21,571 nucleotides of DNA from Octopus sinensis (taxonomy: Eukaryota). A program made the translations under genes and the position numbers. Below, one piece after another: positions 10,435 through 19,980 of this stretch. Numbering within the stretch: position 1 is the first letter of the stretch; every line of letters starts with the position of its first letter. Under the pieces are notes generated by a model. The model was not told the DNA's origin. It did not search any database and saw only the letters and a program-made list of their open reading frames with translations. Location of the stretch: assembly GCF_006345805.1 (NCBI RefSeq), contig NW_021823855.1:1-21571 (forward strand), read 5' to 3'.

Positions 10435-11660
10435 TACCGCTTGACTGTCGTCTCTTGCCTTGTTTGCTGCTTGACCAAGCTGGTGCGCTTGCTCTTCTGC
10501 TTTCTGTGGAAGGGGCGCGTTCCACTGGTCAGGCGCTCTATCTGCTATAAACAGTCACTGAATGGAGGGCTGGGCTTGCCATGGTTACTGATGCGCAGAC
10601 TTGCGCTGAGGTTGCGGCATCTCCAGCGTTTCCTTGACGGTGAGCAGGTGTGGTCTCCGTTTGTAAGACACACTTTTCTACAGCTCGTCTCTTTAACAGA
10701 GCTGCAATCCTGGATTATACGTAGACCGTGGAAGGGCGCTTGGCACCTCGTGTGCCGTCAAGCGTTCATAGCCATCTGCTAGGCGGGCAATGCAGTCGAT
10801 GGTAGCTCTACTCTAGCGTTAAAAAGAGGGCTAGTGGAGGCAAGTGCGACGACTTTCTCGGGGTAACTCTGAGCGTCGATGAAGATCAACTAACCGGTCT
10901 GTTTCGGAGAACTTTCGGGCTTGGCCCAATGGATAATGTCCAGAAATCCCTTGCCTGACAGTGCTACCGAGAGGCGCTGCCTGTTCGGGATAAACTTTAC
11001 AGGCACGGACGTACCATCAGCCGGGCCTGCCCGAGGTGCGCCCAAAAGGATGAAACCGTTCTGCACGCCCTAGTTCAGTGCCCAAGTACTGTTGACCTGT
11101 GGGTTCATGTCAAACACCTGCTGTTCGTGTGGGACAGATCCACCTATCAGCTGAATCCATTGGGAAGATTACCCCGCGAGCCTCGTTTGGCTGTGAGGGG
11201 CAGGCAAGTTTTATTTGTCTAGTGGCTGCAGCGAAAGAGGTAGTATGGTGAATCCCTTTGAAAGGGCTACACACAGACACTTTTCTCTTTGACCAAGCCC
11301 GCTTCAACTTTTTCAAGTTTCACTTGAAAAGGAAGTTGATGGTGGAGAGGAAATTGTTACCTTGTAGCAAGTTTGTTGAAAAGTGTGTGAATGTTGGATG
11401 AATGGCCAGTGTGAAAGGATCAATTCTGAGCGCGCAGCTGTACACAAAAGGTGAAGGGCTCTTGCCCTCGTAGCTTTTGTGTTTTTTCCACGAGGTCCTT
11501 AAAGCGCCTCCTCTGGTGGGAGTTTTAAATTGTTTAATCTTTAATTATCTATATTGTTTACACGTCGTAAACCCTATTGTATCGTCCTGTTTTTGTCTTT
11601 TATGTTGTTGTATGTCTTTTAATGTAATTTTATGTGAGCTCTTGTGGCCAATAAAAGAAT
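10435..11660 (+). mobile_element. 5'-truncated Tx1/L1-like LINE (post-RT region, CCHC knuckle, 3'UTR, AATAAA)
   Basis: It reads FLWKGRVPLVRRSICYKQSLNGGLGLP (the 'P...GGLGL' motif of L1/Tx1 ORF2) and LPVRDKLYRHG...CPRCAQKDETVLHALVQCP..VDLW (C-x2-C-x8-H-x4-C from 11028). AATAAA lies at 11650-11655, followed by (ATC/ATT)n. Several stops and frameshifts are present. Confidence 0.85.
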
Positions 11661-11666
11661 GAATCA

Positions 11667-11735
<69 letters not shown>

Positions 11736-11736
11736 T
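11661..11736. repeat. (ATT)n microsatellite / LINE tail
   Basis: Seen directly in the sequence. Confidence 0.9.
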
Positions 11737-12130
11737 AAGTGAACGATATTTCGACATCTCGTGCAACTTCCACAGGTTAAATAAATAAACTTGCCAATCT
11801 ACTTCATTTTGGTAATATTTTTAGGATTAAGGTTACTCCTCCAGAAAGTACAGAAGCAAAAAAATAAATAAAAGATGTCATCAAGTGAAATATATTTGAC
11901 ATCTCGTGTGTGTTTTTTTTTTCTTGCTTCTATAGTTTCTGGGGGAATTATTTCAGTCGTATAAATGTTACCAAAATGAAGTAGATTGACAAGTTTATCT
12001 TTTTTAACCTGTGGAAGACACACAAGATGTGGAAATATCGTTCACTTGATAACAATGGCACTCTTCTTTGTTGGTTTTTTTTTTTTGCTTCTATACTTTC
12101 TTGATGAGTAACTTCAATCCTATAAATATT
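11737..12130. repeat. Imperfect fold-back repeat (~130-bp arms) plus a third partial copy
   Basis: 11737-11864 is the imperfect reverse complement of ~11913-12047. 12075-12130 is a second reverse-complement copy of ~11814-11866. Confidence 0.85.
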
Positions 12131-12134
12131 ATTA

Positions 12135-12189
<55 letters not shown>

Positions 12190-12242
12190 TATTTATCATC
12201 ATCATTATTATTATTATCATTATCATTATTATTATTATTATA

Positions 12243-12291
<49 letters not shown>

Positions 12292-12390
12292 CATTATTAT
12301 TATTATCATTATCATTATTATTATTATTACTATTATTATTATTATTATTATTATTATTATCATCATCATCATCATCATTATTATTATTAT
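12127..12390. repeat. Long (ATT)n/(ATC)n microsatellite
   Basis: Seen directly; it accounts for the poly-N/poly-I ORFs. Confidence 0.95.
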
Positions 12391-12531
12391 GTTTGACTTT
12401 TGCCTTGCATTTGTACAAACTGACTCCGGTCTCATCCAGAAACAATAAGTTAGAAGTCCAGGTCAATGTTATGAGTAGAGTGCCATATTTTTGTCATGTT
12501 GTTGTTGTTGTTGTTGTTGTTGCTAGTGATG

Positions 12532-12576
12532 CTAATGCTTTTATTGCCATTGATTGTCATCTTTTCTTTTTCCTAG
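12532..12576 (+). promoter_or_regulatory. 3' splice acceptor (putative branch point CTAAT, polypyrimidine tract, AG)
   Basis: CTAAT at 12532-12536 is followed by CATCTTTTCTTTTTCCTAG ending at 12576. The AG coincides with the in-frame TAG that bounds the open frame, and the S1 sequence begins immediately after it. Confidence 0.85.
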
Positions 12577-13644
12577 ATATATGGAATTACATCGTTTCTT
12601 TTCGTGGTCCTGTCCATTTTGGGTTTCTGCCTGGAAACGCTGCCTCAAGTCCGAGGCCCCACCAACATCACACGGCAATGCAACGGAGAGACTAGCGAAA
12701 GTCTGCAAGTGATGCAGTCCCATGATGCGCTAAACGTCATTGATGTCATCTGTACCATCTTCTTCACACTGGAGTTAATAGCCCGATTTATATTTGCTCC
12801 GCAGAAATTGAAGTTCGTTCGTTCTTTAATGAATATTATAGACTTACTGGCTCTCGTGCCACTTTACGTACAAGTCATTCTACATTCAACTGATCCAGAA
12901 TTCTGTTATCTAAATGAACGACTTGTGATGGAAATTATGTTTATTTTGCGTATTATTCGCATGTTTCGAATTTTCCATCTTGTTAAACATTACCAAGCGC
13001 TAAAAATATTAGTTTATGCCATGAAAGCAAGCATTCAAGAACTGCTTATGTTGGCTATATTTATGATTATTGCTATGCTTGTATTTGCTACAATGATCTA
13101 TTACGCAGAACGCAAAGATGCAACGAACGCTAGCGATTCGTTCAACACAATCCCTATGGGGTTTTGGTGGGCAATCATCACCATGACAACGGTTGGTTAC
13201 GGAGACGTTTATCCGTCTTCCACGATTGGCTATATTGTCGGTGCTGGATGTGCACTCAGTGGAGTGCTCCTAGTTGCCCTCACCATCCCTGTCATCTCGA
13301 ACAATTTCACCCTCTTTTACACACACGTCAGATCGCGCTCCAGCGAACGCCGGGTAAGTCGCACATTCCAAGGTGGATCCGAGATTCTCGAACACCACGA
13401 TCCCACCAATAATTTTGATCGTCGCTCGTCCAATTCGTCTGTGGTTCTGGAAACCTTCATGAATGGCACTGTGGCCGTTCATAAAATGAACAATCCGCTA
13501 TACGCGACTCTACCGTATGCCGACCGTACATCAATTTCAGACAATGGTATGGAAGACGACATGGACTCAGACCGAACCATAAGCAGAAATGGTTCTTTTC
13601 GAACACTAGACCTAACTGAGCCCAAGCCTGAAACACGTTTATGA
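12577..13644 (+). CDS. Shaw: Final (or major) coding exon of a Shaw/Kv3-family voltage-gated K+ channel subunit: S1-S6, pore and C-terminus (355 aa; T1 exon outside window)
   Basis: A phase-0 exon starts IYGITSFLFVVLSILGFCLETLP (S1). S2 is FFTLELIARF, S3 NIIDLLAL, S4 LRIIRMFRIFHLVKH, S5 ASIQELL...FATMIYYAER (matches the Kv3 motif), pore WWAIITMTTVGYGD (TVGYGD at 13189-13206) and S6 ...VISNNF. The stop TGA is at 13642-13644. The family call is solid; exact orthology within Kv3/Shaw is not established. Confidence 0.93.
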   Translation: MYGITSFLFVVLSILGFCLETLPQVRGPTNITRQCNGETSESLQVMQSHDALNVIDVICTIFFTLELIARFIFAPQKLKFVRSLMNIIDLLALVPLYVQVILHSTDPEFCYLNERLVMEIMFILRIIRMFRIFHLVKHYQALKILVYAMKASIQELLMLAIFMIIAMLVFATMIYYAERKDATNASDSFNTIPMGFWWAIITMTTVGYGDVYPSSTIGYIVGAGCALSGVLLVALTIPVISNNFTLFYTHVRSRSSERRVSRTFQGGSEILEHHDPTNNFDRRSSNSSVVLETFMNGTVAVHKMNNPLYATLPYADRTSISDNGMEDDMDSDRTISRNGSFRTLDLTEPKPETRL

Positions 13645-13731
13645 TATATAAATTCAAATACACAAACACTAAAACAAAAACAATACACAAACAACAAATA
13701 CAAAATCAAAAGGATAGGTGAAATATATAAC

Positions 13732-13737
13732 AATAAA
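13732..13737 (+). terminator. Candidate polyadenylation signal AATAAA (another near 13797)
   Basis: The hexamer lies ~90 nt after the stop in an A/C-rich stretch. It has low specificity in AT-rich DNA. Confidence 0.3.
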
Positions 13738-13984
13738 AAATATACAAAATTACAAAACTAAATCACAAAATAATGAGAAAAAACGAGACGAGTCAAATAA
13801 AACATTCACCAGGAAAAATTATCAAAAGAAAATATGTACATATGTGCGTGGTTATGTGTGTGTGTGTGTGTGCGTGCGTGGGTGCGTACATGTGTGTTTG
13901 AGTGTGTGAATTCTATAAGTGAAAGAAGATTCTGGAATAATTGATGTCTATCAATGGTATAAAGATGGTATATATAAATTTTAA

Positions 13985-14043
13985 AATGATAATAATAATA
14001 ATCATAATAATAATAATAATAATGATAATAATAATAATAATAA
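13985..14043. repeat. (AAT)n microsatellite
   Basis: Seen directly in the sequence. Confidence 0.9.
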
Positions 14044-14109
14044 CCACTGCATATATGCAAGTACACGCGTGATGACATATGTGTACATATACATATATAG
14101 ATGTGTGTA

Positions 14110-14120
14110 AATACATATAA

Positions 14121-14165
<45 letters not shown>

Positions 14166-14215
14166 TATAATAACGAATATATTAGATACATATATATATT
14201 TATGTATATGTAATA

Positions 14216-14251
<36 letters not shown>

Positions 14252-14768
14252 TGGTAAACAGGACTATTCGTCCATACCTAAAATTTTCGTGCAATCGAAT
14301 GTACTCCTATGTGTAACAGAACTTTTATCAGTGAGTTAAATAACAAAATAACAATTTAGGTACTAAAGAGTGTTGTATTCAATTGACTGGTCATTATAAT
14401 TCACGTAAGCCATACGACATTATCGATCACGTGACCAGTAAAAGGCATCCAACACGTTTAAATATACTCAGTAAATGTTTATTATTTCAGACTCGTTGAT
14501 CAGCACGCTTGACTGGAAAAGAAATCGATCGCACGAAACCATTAGGTAATAGAACATAACCCTGTTTATCCACATAAGCTAGTAACAGACACTACACATT
14601 TCTAACAGGGCTGTATATAGAACACTTAGGTGTTTTGTACGAAAAAAAAACAATCAATCAAAAATAACACTATCAAATGTATATATATATATATATATAT
14701 TTACATATAAGCATATACATAAATGCGCGTCTATGTGTACATATAGTTATATACATACATACATATAT

Positions 14769-14803
<35 letters not shown>

Positions 14804-14821
14804 CATATATATACATATCTA

Positions 14822-14902
<81 letters not shown>

Positions 14903-14914
14903 TATTACTATATA

Positions 14915-14962
<48 letters not shown>

Positions 14963-14994
14963 TATATATAATATATATCTATATATATATATTA

Positions 14995-15033
<39 letters not shown>

Positions 15034-15572
15034 TCTACCATTGCAAAAACGAAAATGGCAAATTATTTTTTTTTCTTCTATTTTTTACTAGTTTTCATCA
15101 AGTTTTTGTTTTTATTTTTTATTCTTAGATATATATTTTTTTTTATATTACAGCTTGCGTATTTTATTTTTTATTGTGCTGTTCAAGCTGTACAGATAAT
15201 GTCGAATGATATTTATCTACCCCTTTCTATTATATATTTCATTTGTATATGTAATTCTTTATTTTTGATTTACGTTTCGAGTCTGCATCAATCATTCTCA
15301 ATATTTTGTTGTTAAAACTCGGTGTAATGCTGAACAAGTACAATAAAAAAAGCAAAATCCGCAAGTTACAAAAAAACTTGACGGTAAACTACTTAAACCG
15401 TGTTATTGTCATTTTTTCAATGGTGCATACATCGAACAGAAAAATACTGATATCTCGCTGCGTCTTGTTAAAAATGTAAGATCATATATATATATATTGT
15501 GTGTGTGATGTGTGTGTGATGGGTGTGTGGTGGGTGTGTGCTTATATATGTATATTTTATATACATATATAT

Positions 15573-15620
<48 letters not shown>

Positions 15621-15624
15621 ATAT

Positions 15625-15655
<31 letters not shown>

Positions 15656-15847
15656 GTATATATATATAATATATATAATATATATATATATATATATGCA
15701 TGTTGTATTTATGTGTACACGGCGGGAATGTGTACTCTAATGATTAAAAACACGCATAAAATATACATATGTTTGCATGCGATGGATTGTTAAATTTATA
15801 TAATATAATATATTATTATATATATTATATATTTAATATATATATTA

Positions 15848-15879
<32 letters not shown>

Positions 15880-15937
15880 CAATACATATATATATATTGA
15901 ATATATATATATATACATATATATATATTATATATAT

Positions 15938-15984
<47 letters not shown>

Positions 15985-16601
15985 CGTATATATATATAAA
16001 CGTACATCGGTACATTTAAATCTGTAATTAATTGCAGCTGCAACAAATCGACTAACACTACAATGATGACAATTTCAGAAAGCTATTTTTCTCCGTTTTC
16101 TCCTCCTCCCCATACAATATATACACATATATATATATATATATATATTAATATATATAATATATATAAATATATATATATATATATGTATGTATGTATG
16201 TATAGTGTATATATAAGTATCTATATCCATCCATCGACGATTAAAATATTGCATACATACATACAAGCATACATACATTGATAGAAAGATACTTATTTCT
16301 TTTTCTCTAATAGTCTTCTCACGGGAAACCATCACAAGTCTTTCATTGCCCTTGCTGTCTTTTCTATTTCAACGTATTCCGCTTGGAATTTACCAAACGT
16401 ATATTTGAATGTGAACATATATATGTCAGTGTACGTATGTATGGATTGATGGCTGGAAGGATGCATATTTGTAACTCTAACCTTGTGTAAGAGTGTGATG
16501 TATGCGTTTTACATTATCCCTGGTGGAGCATTTTGCTTATATTCATATGTATGTGTCTGCCTGTTTGCGTGTATGAATGTAAATATATATATATATGTGT
16601 G

Positions 16602-16634
<33 letters not shown>

Positions 16635-17037
16635 GTGTATTTATATATATACATATATATATATAGGTATGTATGTATGTATGTATATATGTATGCATGT
16701 ATGTTTGAAATTGTGTCATATTTTTATGTACGCACAAACACACGCTCTCGCACGCTCACATATACACACACACGCACACACACGCATTTATTCTCTGTGA
16801 GAAGTATAGAAAAGTGAACTTTAATTAATATTATTATTAACATTATTATTGGTATTATTATTATTATCATCATTATTATTATTATTATTGTTACCGTAAA
16901 TTTCATGTGTAATCTTAGATACATCATTTGATATTCTGTGTTTAATCAATTTTATGCATATATATATTTATATATATAATATATAATATTGATATATATA
17001 TAATGTATATATATATAGTATATGTATATATTATATA

Positions 17038-17085
<48 letters not shown>

Positions 17086-17300
17086 ATAATAGATATACGC
17101 ACACACACACATATATATATATGCATGCATGCGTGTTTATACATATACATTGCACATATATATATTATAGTTCTTAGGCATATAAGGACATGTTAATATG
17201 GATGCATATATATATATATATACCTGCATTATTACATTAGATATGTATATATTCATATTATACATGCATATATACATATATAGATATATATATATATAGA
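14110..17300. repeat. Field of imperfect (AT)n microsatellites (main blocks ~14110-14250, 14676-15030, 15480-15697, 15795-16000, 16110-16215, 16585-16700, 16955-17120, 17200-17305) separated by unique AT-rich DNA
   Basis: Seen directly; it accounts for the poly-IY ORFs. Confidence 0.9.
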
Positions 17301-17460
17301 TATATTACGTGCAATATAATGTGTGCACCATAATCCCAGATTGTGTAAGGTACAACATAAACACTTTAACATGCAGATATATTATCCATCCGTACATACA
17401 TACATACATAGAAACGTGTATACCTACATACATAGAAATATACATACATTCACACTCTAA

Positions 17461-17502
17461 CATACATACATACATACATACATACATACATACATACATA
17501 CA

Positions 17503-17536
<34 letters not shown>

Positions 17537-17538
17537 CA
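17461..17538. repeat. (ACAT)n tetranucleotide microsatellite
   Basis: Seen directly in the sequence. Confidence 0.95.
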
Positions 17539-17904
17539 TTGGAAATGTTTATATATTTACTTATATATTTTATCTCTCCAATCATTGCAAAGCCTTTGTT
17601 TGTTCTTTTTTATATATTCTTTAAGTAATTGTTTTCTCATTTCACTTATTTCTTCACCTCACCAATAAACTCACTCACTCATTCACCAGCTAAATTCCTT
17701 CAACTACTCACCCTCTCCTTCTCTCTCTTTCTCTCTATATCTCTTTCTATCCCTCTATCTCCTTCTCTGTCTTTCTCTCTGTCTATCTATCTCTTTTCTC
17801 CCCTTTCCTGTTCACTCTTTTTAACTCATTTACTTTTTAAATATTGAAAGTAAAATATAACGTGATATTATTAATCGAGTTCTGAGCTTCATCTTATGTG
17901 TGTT

Positions 17905-17935
<31 letters not shown>

Positions 17936-18243
17936 ATAGAATAATGTATATACATATATATATATGTATTTTATGCATGAGTGTGTGTTGTTTTCGTTGC
18001 ATTCATATTTTGTTTCTTTTTATCTATGTATTTTTTAACGTAAATAACTTCGTTATAATTTTTTTTTTCTTCCTGTGAATGCCATCTCTCTTTAAACATT
18101 AAAAAAAAAATTGGCGAAATTTTACACAGGTTGAATGGGGAGCAGGAAAGAGATGGCGGGATATGCAGATTACAAGAAGAAATTTAGCAGGAAATAAGCA
18201 CATTTGTGAACAAAGGGCATCGGTAGTGCTGACTGTGATATTG

Positions 18244-18400
18244 AGCAGCGAGGTGGTTGACTTAGTAGAGCGTTGGGCGAGGTGTCTGATCGTAGTTAAA
18301 TTTATCGTCTTATTTTCTGTTTTCAAGCTGTAAACTCGGTCAAATTTTGTTTTCAATCTTTTGGGGGTCGATAAAATAAAGTACCAGTCAAGCACTGACA
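18244..18400 (+). mobile_element. Highly degenerate SINE (same family)
   Basis: It retains TTTTGGGGGTCGATAAAATAAAGTACCAGTCAAGCACTG and an eroded tRNA-like head. Confidence 0.6.
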
Positions 18401-18426
18401 TCGTAAAGAAAATCATTATTTAATTA

Positions 18427-18474
<48 letters not shown>

Positions 18475-18509
18475 GTTGTTGTTGTTGTTGTTGTTATTAT
18501 TATTATTAT

Positions 18510-18719
18510 GGCGGCGTGCTAACAGAATCGTTAGCACGCTGGACGAGATGCTAAGCTGTATTTCGTCTATCGCTACGTTCTGAGTTCAAATTCCGCCGAG
18601 ATCGACTTTGCCTCTCATCATTTCGGGGTCGATAAATTAAGTACTAGTTGAGTACTGGGATCGATATAATCGGCTTACTCCTCCCCCATATTTCAAGCCT
18701 TGTGCCCATAGTAGAAAGA

Positions 18720-18720
<1 letters not shown>
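18510..18720 (+). mobile_element. tRNA-derived SINE with Meta-like central domain
   Basis: It reads GGCGGCGTGCTAACAGAATCGTTAGCACG (A-box region)...GAGTTCAAATTCC (B box)...CTCTCATCATTTCGGGGTCGATAAATTAAGTACTAG...CCTTGTGCCCATAGTAGAAAGAA then (ATT)n. The Meta-domain resemblance is from recall. Confidence 0.88.
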
Positions 18721-18795
<75 letters not shown>

Positions 18796-18800
18796 AATTA

Positions 18801-19013
18801 GGGTGGCGAGTTGGCAGAGTCGTTAGCGCGATGGACGAAATACATAGCCTTATTTCGCCAGTCGCTACGTTCTGGGTTCAAATTTCGCCAATTTCGACAT
18901 TGCCTTCCATTCTTTTAGGGTCGATAAATTCAATGCCAGTTACGCACTGGAGCCAATGTAATCGACTAGCCCTCTCACCCCAAATTTCAGGCCTTGGGCC
19001 CATAGTAGAAAGG
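18801..19013 (+). mobile_element. tRNA-derived SINE, same family
   Basis: It is collinear with 18510-18720 and has (ATT)n on both sides. Confidence 0.88.
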
Positions 19014-19049
19014 ATTATTATTATTATTATTATATTATTATTATTATTA

Positions 19050-19088
<39 letters not shown>

Positions 19089-19116
19089 CATCATCATTAT
19101 TATTATTATTATTATT

Positions 19117-19331
19117 AAGTTGGCAAGCTGACAGAATCGTTAGCACGCTGGATGAAATGCTTGGCGGTATTTCGTCTGTCGTTACGTTCTGAGTTCAAAT
19201 TCCACCAAGGTTGACTTTGCAATTCCTCCCTTTCGGAGTCGATAAAATAAGTACCAGTTGAACACTTGCGTCGATCTAATCAATTCATCCCCTCCCCCAG
19301 AACCGCACTCCTTGTAACAAAATTTGAAACC
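19117..19331 (+). mobile_element. tRNA-derived SINE, same head and core, different 3' tail
   Basis: The head and core match the previous copies. The tail ends CTTGTAACAAAATTTGAAACC followed by (ATT/ATC)n. Confidence 0.85.
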
Positions 19332-19560
19332 ATTATTATCATTATCATTGTCATCATTATTATTATTATTATTATATTATTATATTATTATTATTATCAT
19401 CATCATATCATCATCATCCATCATCATCATCATATCATCATTATTATTATATTATTATGTTATTATTATTATTATAAATATTATTATTATTATTATATTA
19501 TATTATTATTATTATGATTATTATTATTATTATTATTATCATCTCATCATCATCATCTTA
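19332..19560. repeat. (ATT)n/(ATC)n compound microsatellite
   Basis: Seen directly in the sequence. Confidence 0.9.
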
Positions 19561-19833
19561 GTAGTAGTAATATTATTAGTGTTTTGAATAGTTACTCTTA
19601 GTTGTTATTTCAATAAACAGCGACACAGAGGGTATTTCGTTTATTGGAACTAATAAAATGAAAAATCCACAACTGAGAACTTCGATTATGATCTAAATAT
19701 TGTTTTATATATGATACTTTTCTTTTCCATTGTTACGCCAAACTAAGAATAAAACCACAGACACACATACGCCCACACACGTACCCAACACATGCACACA
19801 ATCTATGAAATATATATGTGTGGTGTGTTTATG

Positions 19834-19834
<1 letters not shown>

Positions 19835-19869
<35 letters not shown>

Positions 19870-19911
19870 ATATAAAACATATATTATATATCTATATATA
19901 TATATATAATA

Positions 19912-19956
<45 letters not shown>

Positions 19957-19980
19957 GAGAGAGAGTGAGGGAGAGAGAGT
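19835..19980. repeat. (AT)n then (AG)n microsatellite
   Basis: Seen directly in the sequence. Confidence 0.9.

Noticed and set aside
10372-10782. 136-aa ORF as a host gene
   Set aside because: It starts in a microsatellite and its body is Tx1/L1-like ORF2 sequence, interrupted by stops downstream.
12604-13644. ORF-track start of the 346-aa protein at GTG 12604
   Set aside because: It is not a real start. The frame is open from 12577 directly after a canonical acceptor, and the protein lacks the N-terminal T1 domain, so this is a spliced exon.
14392-14440. E-box GATCACGTGACC and 8-bp inverted repeat ACTGGTCA/TGACCAGT downstream of the gene
   Set aside because: These are short motifs that cannot be separated from chance without conservation or chromatin data.
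18244-19331. Repeat-spacer-like periodicity as a CRISPR array
   Set aside because: The context is eukaryotic, the repeats are ~210-bp diverged SINEs, the 'spacers' are microsatellites, and no cas genes are present.
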